Below the pieces are notes generated by a model. It did no database searches, was not told the origin of the DNA, and was given only the letters and a program-made list of their open reading frames with translations. From the NCBI GenBank assembly GCA_028826165.1, contig JAPDFW010000114.1, positions 372,001 to 436,000 of the forward strand: a stretch of DNA of 64,000 nucleotides, given 5' to 3'. The translations under genes and the position numbers were made by a program. Each line of letters starts with the position of its first letter. Position 1 is the stretch's first letter. Below, piece by piece: positions 12,764 to 24,059 of this stretch. Source of the stretch: Anaeramoeba ignava BMAN. Lineage: Eukaryota > Protista > Anaeramoebae.

Positions 12764-15700
12764 ATGAATAAAAATTTATTACAAGTAAGAAAAATTATCA
12801 AAAAAAACGAAAAAAATCTTTTTATGAGAAAATTAAACAAATTTTTTTATAATTTAGGAAATTCAATTAAGAAATACAGTTCATCATGGAATACCTACAG
12901 ATTTACTTTGTATTGATTATGATTCAATTCATTCACTTTTAGCTATTGGAACAAAATCTTCTAAAATTAAAATGTAAATAAAATTCAATTTATTAATTTA
13001 ATTAATTTGAATTTTATTTAATTTAATTAATTTGAATTTTTTTTATTGTTATTTTTTAGTTTGGGTTATCCAGGAATTGAAGAATTTTTTATTGATGAAA
13101 AATCAACAAAACCAATTGAAATGATTAAATTTTTACCAAATTTTAATTCAATATTAACAATATCACATTTATTTAAAGAGGAAGAAATTAAAAAAGATAA
13201 TGAAAAAGATAATAAAAAAGATGATAAAAAAGATAATAAAAATAATAATGAAAAAGATAATGAAAAAGATAAAGAAAATGATAATGAAAAAGATAATGAA
13301 AAAGATAATGAAAATGATAAAGAAAAAGATAATGAAAAAGATAATGAAAATGATAATGAAAATAATAATGAAAAAGATAATGAAAATGATAAAGAAAAAG
13401 ATAATGAAAAAGATAATAAAAAAGATAATGAAAATAATAATGAAAAAGATAATGAAAATGATAATGAAAATGATAATGAAAATGATAATGAAAAAGATAA
13501 TGAAAAAGATAATGAAAAAGATAATAAAAATGATAATGAAAAAGATAATGAAAATAATAATGAAAATAATAATGAAAAAGATGATGAAAAAGATGATGAA
13601 AAAGATAATGAAAATGATAATAAAAAAGATGATGAAAAAGATGATGAAAAAGATGATAAAAAAGATGATGAAAAAAATGATAAAAAAGATGATAAAAACG
13701 ATAATAAAAAAGATAATGAAAATAATAATGAAAAAGATGATAAAAAAGATAATAAAAAAGATAATGAAAAAGATAATGAAAAAGATGATAAAAAAGATAA
13801 TAAAATTATTCATTATCAAAGTTTACTTTCAATTTGGTCATTAGAAACTAGAAAAATTACAAATGGATTCGTTTTTAAAGAACAGTAAAAAAAAAACAAT
13901 ATTTATTTATAAATTAATTCAAAAATTTCTCATTTGATTTTTCATAAAAAAAAAAGAATTACATCGATTGACTTTTTTGATGGAATACCATGCGTTTATT
14001 TAGGAACTTCATCAGGAAATGTTTATATTTACTCTTTGGAATTTAATGAAATTTTAAAACAATCTTTTAGTTTGAAAAACACTTTAAAACAAAAAATTGA
14101 AAAAAATCAAGAAGTTTCATGTAATTCAATTGCAATTTGTCCACAAGATCCAAAAACAATCTTATTTGGTTTTTCAAATGGAATGATTGTTCTTTATAAT
14201 CAAATAAAATCAAAATCCAAAATTTATCAAAACAATTTGGATTTAAAAGTAACTTCATTAGCTTGGTGTTTTGATGGACAAATGTTCATTTCTGGTTATG
14301 AAAATGGTCAGTTGATTATTTGGTCAACAAAAAAAAAGAAACCAAAATATCAATTTTTTAAAGCAACTGAACATAAAAGAAGACCAGTTAAACAAATTTT
14401 TTGGACAAAATCTTACAAGTAATTTTGAGTGAAAATATAATTTCATTTTTTAATTTAATTTAATTTAACAAATTTCATGTTTTTGGAATATTTTTAATTT
14501 AATTTAATTTAATAATTTAATTTAATAATCAACAAATTTCATGTTTTTGGAATATTTTCATTTAATTTAATTTTTTAATTTAATTTAATAATTCAATTTA
14601 ATTTAATTTAATTTAATTTAATTTAATTTAATAATTTAACAAATTTCATGTTTTTGGAATATTTTAATTTAATTTAATTTAATAATTTAACAAATTTCAT
14701 GTTTTTGGAATATTTTCATTTAATTTAATAATTTAATTTAATTTAATAATTTAATTTAATTTAATTTAATTTAATTTAATTTAATTTAATTTAATTTAAT
14801 TCAATTCAATTTCATTTTTTAATTTAACAAATTTTATGTTTTTGGAATATTTTCAATTTAATTTAATTTAATAATTCAATTTAATTTAATTTAATTTAAT
14901 TTAATTTAATAATTTAACAAATTTCATGTTTTTGGAATATTTTAATTCAATTTAATTTAATAATTTAATTCAATTTAATTTAATAATTTAATTTAATAAT
15001 TTAATTTAATTTAATAATTCAATTTTTTTTAGAATCCAAAATAAATTTGGAGATCTTTATGTTCTTGGAGGTACACTTACTGAACATCCTGATGGAATTC
15101 TTTTTATTCAAAACAAGAAAAATTTTTCTTGGGAAATTCTTGATTTAATTAATTATCCTGAAGATAATATTATTGCAATGTGTCCAAAATTTAATGATAA
15201 TACTAAAAGATATGAATCACCTTTATCAATTACAAGCATTACTGGAAAAGGACAAATTATGGTTCATCGTTTATCAATTGAAATGTAAATTGAATTTAAA
15301 ATATTTTGTTATTAAATCTGATTTTGAATTTGAATTTGAATTTGGATTATATTTATTGATAAAAATAGAGATAAAAATTTAAATCAATCTTGTCAAAGAT
15401 ATCGAAGATCAATTCCACATTCAAATTTAAGAGCAACAATGTCACCAATAACTACATTTCGTATTTATTCAGAATGTGATGAAATGTTCTTTCTTCAACT
15501 TCAGTTTGTTGAATTGAAAAAATATAAATTATGGGATCGATTTTGGCCTGCAACTGGAGGAAAATTCTCTTCAGCATATTCCAAGAAGAAAACGAATATT
15601 CTAATGACAGGGTAATTTAATTTTAATTTAAATTTCAATTTTAATTTTAATTTAATTTTAATTTTAATTTTAATTTTAATTTTAATTTTGATTTTAATTA

Positions 15701-17304
15701 TAATTTCGATTTTATTTTGATTTTAAATTTTAATTTTAATTTTAATTATAATTTTAATTTTAATTTTAATTTTAATTTTAATTTTAAATTTAAATTTAAT
15801 TTTAATTTTAATTTTAATTTTAATTTTAATTTTAATTTTAATTTTAATTTTAATTTTAATTTTAATTTTAAATTTAAATTTAATTTTAATTTTAATTTTA
15901 ATTTTAATTTTAAATTTAAATTTAATTTTAATTTTATATTTTAGTCATAAAGATGGAGTAATTAGAATTTGGGATATCACTTCTTATTCTCTTAAATTTG
16001 TTGCAGAATTGAATATTAAAGACTACATAAATGAATTTAATCGAAATCATAAAAAAAAACTTAATTTACCAACTAATTTGGAAATTGCTTCCGTTTGGTT
16101 TTGTTTTGATCAAAAACTTATTATTACAAATTTCAAAAGTGGAGAAATTTTTTCTTTTGAATTTTCAAACGAAAACAAAGAAGTTATAATAGTTAAAAAT
16201 TCACCTGTAAATGAAAATGATGAAGTTATTGAAGTTGTTCAACTTGAAGAAGAAAAAAAGGAAAATCAAAAGGAAAATCAAAATGAAAATTTAAATGAAA
16301 ATCAAAATGAAAATGAAAATCAAGATGAAGATGAAATTAATATTGAAAACTTAGTTGAAGAAAAACAAGAATTCAAATTAGTTTATGCAAATTATTTACA
16401 CATAAATCAACACACATTTTTGAGAATTCAAGAAGCCAAGAAATGGATTGTTATTGCTGAAAATTTGGGCAATATAGAAATTATAGATCTTTCCAATTTT
16501 CAACTTTTACTTTCTTTTGATTTATCTAAACTAACAATTGATGAAAAATCAGAAGAATTTTCTCCTCTAACTTCATTTGAAATTTCTAATATTGGAAAGG
16601 ATTTGAATACCTTTTTTTTGGTTATAAATCAAAAGGGAAATTATTTTGGTATTGATTCAAATACTCAAGAAATTATTTTCAAAAAATTCGCAAATGAATC
16701 ATTGATTGCGAAGACAATATTGCATTTCAAAGAAAAAAAAGATTCAAAGGATCAATTATTGATTTGTTATGAAAATCAAATTGAAATTGTTGAGATTGAA
16801 AACCTCAAACAAATTGCAAAACAATCACTTGAATTTCCTTTAAAAGATGCATTTTTACTTGAAATTTCAACTCAAAACTTTTTTGGAATTGTTGGAAAAA
16901 ATGGGCAATTTTGTTTGTATTCAAGTTTGGATTTTGAATTGATTTTTTCAGAAAATATTTCAAATTATTTAGGAATTCCTCTTTCTGTTTTTGAAAATGG
17001 ATTTTATCATATATTTATTGATACAAGAGCTTTATGGATTTCTCAAGAAGGAGAAATTGGTAGAATTTCTTTATTGAAAAAAGAAAATGTTCTTAATTTA
17101 CCTTCTTGTTTACCTGAATTGGTTTATGATGATGATTCTGAATTGGAAACTGTTGAAAATAACAAAAAAGTCGAATCAAAAAATTTTTTGAAATTTCAAT
17201 CTCAATTAAATCGAATTATTTCTTCAAGAGTTGATATTGAATCTGATTCAAGAATTTTTTGTTCCATTGAAAATATGGAAAAAATCAAAAAAAATTTGAT
17301 TTGA
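12764..17304 (+). CDS. Lethal giant larvae / tomosyn (STXBP5) / Sro7-family WD40 protein
   Basis: Exons 12764-12784, 12858-12973, 13060-13884, 13957-14418, 15033-15284, 15369-15611, 15945-17304. Motifs TVHHGIP..IDYDSIHSLLAIGT..LGYPGIE and WPATGG..ILMTGHKDGVIRIWD match the family. Confidence 0.85.
13195..13805 (+). repeat. Coding 12-nt repeat (GATAATGAAAAA; D-N-E-K) inserted in the WD40 protein
   Basis: In frame, with no GT donor inside it. Confidence 0.85.
14450..15030. repeat. Intronic (AATTT)n with six ~28-nt AACAAATTTCATGTTTTTGGAATATTTT units
   Basis: Copies start near 14467, 14531, 14638, 14689, 14826 and 14916. Confidence 0.9.
15615..15940. repeat. Intronic (AATTTT)n hexamer satellite
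   Basis: Inside intron 15612-15944. Confidence 0.9.
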
Positions 17305-17333
17305 TTCAATTTTGTTTTACTTTTTCTTTTTCG

Positions 17334-17397
17334 AACAAAACAAAACAAAACAAAACAAAACAAAACAAAACAAAACAAAACAAAACAAAACAAAACA
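17334..17397. repeat. (CAAAA)n microsatellite between convergent genes
   Basis: Directly visible. Confidence 0.9.
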
Positions 17398-17579
17398 ATT
17401 TTTTTTATTTTTGAAATGAATTTTTTTAATTAATTAAAAAAAAAAAAACAAAAAAGAATTGAAAATTGAAATTTAATTTGAATTTAAAATTTAATTTGAA
17501 AATTAGAAATATTTTACAATTAAGATTAATTATGAATTAAAAGGATAAATTTGATCATCAACTATTTCCAAGAATTAAA

Positions 17580-20500
17580 TTAATTTTCATTATCATTTTC
17601 ATTATCATTTTCATTATCATTTTCATTATCTTTTTCATTATCATTTTCTTTATCTTTTTCATTATCATTATCTTTTTGATTTTCATTATCTTTTTGATTT
17701 TCATTTTCATTATCATTTTCATTATCTTTATTTTGATTTTCATTATCATTTTCATTATCTTTTTCATTATCTTTTTTATCATCTTTTTCATTATCATTTT
17801 TATTTTGATTTTGATTTTCTTTTTCATTATTATTTTGATTTTGATTTTCTTTTTTATTATCATTTTCATTATCTTTTTCATTATCATTTTCTTTATCTTT
17901 TTCATTATCTTTTTCATTATCATTTTCATTATCATTTTCATTATCATTTTTATTATCATTATCATTTTCATTATCATTTTCATTATCATTTTCATTATCA
18001 TTTTCATTATCACTTTCATTATCTTTTTCATTATCTTTTTCATTATCTTTTTCATTATCTTTTTCATTATCATTTTCATTATCATTTTCATTATCTTTTT
18101 CATTATCATTTTCATTATCTTTTTTATTATCATTTTTATTTTGATTATTTCCATTTCCAAAACCAAATTCAGCTGGTTCATTTTTTCCAGCCATATAATT
18201 AGTTAATGAAGAATGTTTCATTGCTTCAACTAATTGTAAATCACAATAAAGAGAAAAACATTGAGTAACAATAAATTCTTCAAAAAATCTACGTTCTTTA
18301 TCTTCAACATTATTTAAAAAGCTTTCTTTAACAAAAATCATAACAGGATTATCTCTATCAGAAACATTTGATATTGTATGATCACGAAAATTCTTAAGTA
18401 AATCATTTAAATAAGCTCTAAAAACATCTAAAATTTCTTGAATAATTTTGAGCTTTGCAACTCTTTCAGAATTATCAATATTTGATTGTTCAAAAACAGA
18501 ATCATTTTCATTATCATTATCGTTTTGATTTTGATTTTGATTTTCATTTTGATTTTGATTTTGATTTTGATTTTGATTTTGATTTTGATTTTGATTTTGA
18601 TTTTGATTTTGATTTAAATTTATATTTGTAGTTAATTTTGAATTTGAAATTAAATTTGAATTTGAATTTGATTTTTTTGTTAATATATTCTCTGGATTTG
18701 AAATAACTGGTTCTGATAAAGCATTATCACTTTCATCAAAAGAATCAGATATTTTTCTTTGAATTGATTGATCATCCAAATTAATTGATCGAATATCTCT
18801 TCTTTCTATTTTCATTTCAGGACTAAAAATATGCATACTTCTGTGCTTGAACATATAGCGAACTTTTGATTTAGGGTTTGTGTTTGTGCTTGTATTTGTT
18901 TTTGTTTGCGTTAATCTTCTTTGATGAGAACGAAATTTATCTTCATTTTGTTTTTGATTTTTTTTTTCTCTTTGAAAAATTTTATAAATTTTTTTCTTCT
19001 TATTTGTTTTTTGTTTTTGATTTGCATTTTTTTCCATTTTTCTAAGAAGTAAAAATTCTTCAATTTTCGGTTTTAGTTTGGATTTAAGTGATCTAAGTCT
19101 TGGTAATTTTCGAACTGATTTTTTAGTTTTTGTTCGAAAAAGAAGTCGATTTTCATCAAGATTTATAAATACAAATTCTGAAGATCTTTCAATTCTTGAA
19201 ATTTGTTGGTTTATTCCAACAATAATTGGAACTGGTGCTTGAATAAAAGAATATAATTTTCTTGGAAGAATAGGAATAATAACACCTTGCCAAGCAAAAG
19301 GATGCAATAAAGGATAAAACGAGAAACTATTTTAATTTTAATTTTAATTTTAATTTTAATTTTAAATTTAATATTAATTTTAATTTTAATTTTAATTTTA
19401 ATTTTAATTTTAATTTTAATTTTAATTTTAATTTTAATTTTAATTTTAATTTTAATTTTAATTTTATAAATGAATTTTAATTTTAATATTAATATTAATT
19501 TTAATTTTAATTTTAATTTTAATTTTAATTTTATAAATGAATTTTAATTTTAATATTAATATTAATTTTAATTTTAATTTTAATTTTTAATTTTAATTTT
19601 AATTTTAATTTATTTACATAACTCGAGATAATTTTCTTAAATCTGAACTATAACATATAACAGATTTTTCCAACAATATTGCGCATAATAATGTTAAAAT
19701 ATTATCTAAAGTTATATTTGAAAAAAGTTCTTCAAAACACCATAAAGCATGATTCATATTTTCTTCAAGTGGAACTTCAAATATAATTGGTGAAAGAATA
19801 TCAATAAGTGAAAATTCCATTAAATCACCAGGTTTTGGAACTGAAATTTGATAAACATCATTTATAAAATTGAGAATTGTAGCATAACTAATTTCGAAAT
19901 TATCTGATCGACTCAAAGACTTTAAATTTTGATTTTAATTTTAATTTTAATTTTAATTTTAATTTTAATTTTAATATAAATTTTGATTTTAATTTTGATT
20001 TTAATTTTATAAATGAATTTTAATTTTAATTTTATAAATGAATTTTAATTTTAATTTTAATTTTAATTTTAATTTTAATTTTAATTTTAATTTTAATATT
20101 AATTTTAATTTTAATTTAAATTTTAATTTTGATTTTAATTTTAATTTTAATTTTAATTTTAATTTTAATTTTAATTTTAATTTTAATTTTAATTTTAATT
20201 TTAATTTTAATTTTAATTTTAATTCTATAAATAAATTTTAATTTAAATTTTAATTTTAATTTTAATTTTAATTTTAATTTTAATTTTAATTTTAATTTTA
20301 ATTTTAATTTTAATTTTAATTCTATAAATAAATTTTAATTTAAATTTTAATTTTAATTTTAATTTTAATTTTAATTTTAATTTTAATTTAAATTTTGATT
20401 TTGATTTTAATTTTAATTTTAATTTTAATTTTAATTTTAATATTAATATTGATTTTAATTTTAATATTAATATTGATTTTAATTTTAATTTTGATTTTAA

Positions 20501-21450
20501 TTTTAATTTTAATTTTAATTTTAATTTTATAAATGAATTTTAATTTTAATATTAATTTTAATTTTAATTTTAATTTTATAAATAAATTTTAATTTTAATT
20601 TCGAAATAACCTGTGTTTGAAAAGAAATCCTTTCTTTAATAAAATTTGAAAGATTATAAATAGTCAAAGATTTTGCCAATTTCTTAATAATTCCATTTTG
20701 TTTCATATTTAAATATTCCATCGCAAGTAAAGTAAATAAGAAATCAAAAAACAAATCAAAAAAAGGGAATCTCGTAAGCAAACAAATACAAAGTTGACCA
20801 TAAAGACGGTCATTATCCAAATCAGATTCTGAATAGTCTTTTCCTTGAGCAAAACTGGGAAAAAGTGAATGTAAAGTCCACAAATGAATAGACATTCCAT
20901 AGACAGTACCATTAGGCACTGTCAATAAAAACGTGAAGAAATTTAAATCACCAAGTTTTTTCTCTTTGAATTCATTATCTTGTTCGTCGTTGAAAGTCTC
21001 CTTTTGAAGTCCACTTTTCTTTCTTCGCCATGTTCGTTTTTTATATGTTTTGACTTGATTCTTGATAATCGTCTCGTTTGAATTTTGAGACTCCGTTTTC
21101 CGTAAAGATTCGTTTGTTGAGACAGGTTTATACATTCTCACTCCGTTTGGGAAACAAAATGATGCAAGTTCGGACAAATTTATACCCGGATCCATCTTGG
21201 GTATCTCGAAAAGTATTTCGGGTTCAAACACCTTCAGTCCGTTAACCGCATTCTCCATATTAGGATCTTTCACTCCTGCTACAATAATGTTCTCAAATAA
21301 ATGCTGTGGAAATGGAGATAAAAGATCTGACGTGATTTGCATTTTGGAATCTATTTGTTGATTCTTCATCAAAATTTCAGAATCAATTGTCAGCGTGTTT
21401 CGTGTTTTTTTTGTCATGTTTTTTTGATTTGTTGTAAAAAGTTTCTTCAT
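17580..21450 (-). CDS. DENN-domain protein (putative Rab GEF) with D/N/E/K low-complexity tail
   Basis: Exons 21450-20611, 19919-19618, 19326-17580. uDENN (PEILF..LASFCFPNG..FFTFLLT..YG), core DENN (CLLTRFPFF, ILLEKSV, PFAWQGVIIPILP..IQAPVPIIVG) and dDENN (FFEEFIVTQCFSLY). Confidence 0.92.
19330..20600. repeat. (AATTTT)n hexamer satellites in both DENN introns (19327-19617 and 19920-20610)
   Basis: Directly visible. Exon 19618-19919 lies between the two arrays. Confidence 0.9.
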
Positions 21451-21701
21451 TTTTTTTGATAATTATTTTTTTATTTTAAGATTTTTTTTTTGTTAAATGC
21501 AAAAGATGTTATTAATATTAATAATAATAAAATATTATTTAATAAAACAGTTAAAAATTATTTAATTGCTTTTTAGATTGTAAAATTTCTTTTTTTTTTT
21601 AATTATTGAAAAAGAAAAAAAAATGAAAAATAAAAAATGAAAAAAAAAAAAATTTTTTTCTTCTTTTTTTTCTCTTTATTTTTTTTCTCTTTTTCTTTAT
21701 A

Positions 21702-23070
21702 ATGATTATTAATCGGAAATATTTTCCTTTCATCATAAAAAACTCTTCAAAAACATCTTTTCTTAAAATATTTCTTACCAAAAATAAATTTAAAAGATTT
21801 TTCAACAGTAAAAAAGACGAAAAAAAAAACAAACAAAACAATAAATCAATAAAAAGATATTTTGGAAAAGAGGATCAAGAAAAACAAAACAAAAAAATAC
21901 CTGAACTTTATTTTGAAGCAAGAGGCTGTTCAATAGGGCATCCAAATAAGAAAAATGGAGGAGAAGATTCATTTTTTATTTCAAAATTTTCAATTGGAGT
22001 TGCTGATGGAGTTGGAGGTTGGAGCAGAGTAAAAGGTGGTGATCCAGGTAGGTATGCAAGAGAGCTTATGCGATATTCCAAAGAGAGTATAGAAAGTTCT
22101 CAAAATAATCCTATTGATGTACTACAGTATGCTTATCAAAAAACGGATAAATCTATATTGGGAAGTTCAACGGCTGTAATTGGAATTTTATCTTCAAATT
22201 GTTTTTCTAATCCCCAAAAAATTAAAAATTCTCGGAATATAAAATCTAATTCCAACACACAAAAATCTAATCAACGCAAAAAGTAAGTTTATTTTTTGTG
22301 AAATTTTCCTTTTTATTCTTAAATTTAAAAAGCAAAAAAAATCTTTAATCCAAAAAATCCAAATTTTTTCACTATTTTTTTATCAATTCAAAAAATATAT
22401 GGAATTTTAACCATTTTAAATTTTATATTTATTTGTAAAAAATCCTTTAAATAATTCAAGAGCATTTTTTATAGCAGCAAATTTGGGAGATAGTGGATTT
22501 AAAGTTATTAGAAATAAGAAAATTATTCTTAGTTCAATAGAACAAACACATGGATTTAATTTTCCTTTTCAAATTGGAAAAAATAGTTCAGATAAACCTT
22601 CAGATGCAGATTTATATGAAATTGAAGTTGAAAAAGATGATATTATTATAATGGCAACTGATGGAATTTTTGATAATATTTTTGAACGAGAAATACTTGA
22701 AAAAATAATTGAATATCAAAAAGAATCAAATCAAAAAGAATTAAATCAAAAAGAATTAAATCAAAAAGAATTAAATCAAAAAGAATCAAATCAAAAAGAA
22801 TTAAATCAAAACCAATTTTCTTCAAATCAAAAAGAATTAAATCAAAAAGAATTAAATCAAAAAGAATTAAATCAAAAAGAATTAAATCAAAAAGAATTTT
22901 GGGGTGAAAAATTATCAAAAGATCTTGCAAATTTAGCAATTGAATATGGAAAAAATCCTAATTATATTTCTCCTTTTTCTGTTAATGCACTTAGAAATGG
23001 ATATTTTTATAAAGGAGGAAAATTAGATGATTCAACAATAATTATTGCTCAATTAAAAGAATTAATTTAA
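21702..23070 (+). CDS. PTC7: PTC7-type PP2C protein phosphatase with a putative organellar presequence
   Basis: Exons 21702-22282 and 22461-23070. GEDSFF, GVADGVGGW, GSSTA, ANLGDSGF, EQTHGFNFPFQIG, MATDGIFDN and GGKLDDSTI motifs. Contains a QKELN pentapeptide repeat insert. Confidence 0.92.
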
Positions 23071-23271
23071 AATTCAATTTAATTCAATTTAAAAAAATAA
23101 AAACATTTAAAAAATAAAATAACATTTTTAGTTTATGAGATATTTATATTATTATTCTTTTTTTTCACATTAAAACCAACAAAAGTTTTCATTTCTTTTT
23201 CTTTCTTTTTTTTCATAATTGAAAATGAAAAGCAATTTTAGAACAAAATGAACAATTTTACAATCCAAATT

Positions 23272-24052
23272 TCTTGATAAATTTGTTTATAAATTTCTTG
23301 ATAAATTTGTTGATAAATTTGTTGATAAATTTGTTTATAAATTTGTTGTTAAATTTGTTTATAAATTTGTTGATAAATTTGTTGTTAAATTTGTTTATAA
23401 ATTTGTTGATAAATTTGTTGATAAATTTGTTTATAAATTTCTTTATAAATTTGTTTATAAATTTCTTTATAAATTTCTTTATAAATTTCTTTATAAATTT
23501 GTTATGAATTTGTTGATAAATTTCTTTATAAATTTCTTTATAAATTTCTTTATAAATTTCTTTATAAATTTCTTGATAAATTTCTTTATAAATCTGTTTA
23601 TAAATTTCTTGATAAATTTGTTTATAAATTTCTTGATAAATTTCTTGATAAATCTGTTTATAAATTTGTTGATAAATTTGTTGATAAATCTGTTTATAAA
23701 TTTGTTGATAAATTTGTTTATAAATTTGTTTATAAATTTGTTGATAAATTTGTTATGAATTTCTTGATAAATTTGTTGATAAATCTGTTGATAAATTTGT
23801 TTATAAATTTGTTGTTAAATTTGTTGTTAAATTTGTTGATAAATTTGTTGATAAATTTCTTGATAAATTTCTTGATAAATTTCTTGATAAATTTGTTTAT
23901 AAATTTGTTTATAAATTTCTTGATAAATTTGTTTATAAATTTGTTTATAAATTTCTTGATAAATTTCTTGATAAATTTCTTGATAAATTTCTTGTTAAAT
24001 TTCTTGTTAAATTTGTTGTTAATTTTGTTTATAAATTTGTTGATAAATTATT
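23272..24052. repeat. Intergenic 12-nt satellite (ATAAATTTGTTG/ATAAATTTCTTG)n between convergent genes
   Basis: Directly visible. Abuts the stop codon at 24060. Confidence 0.9.
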
Positions 24053-24059
24053 TGTAAAG

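Noticed and set aside
13169-13844. Overlapping antisense and alternative-frame ORFs (IIFF.., MKKI..), also at 17558-18206
   Set aside because: Shadows of the coding DNEK repeat.
14467-14945. CRISPR-like repeat-spacer appearance
   Set aside because: Spacers are low-complexity (AATTT)n of uneven length, there are no cas genes, and the array lies in a eukaryotic intron.
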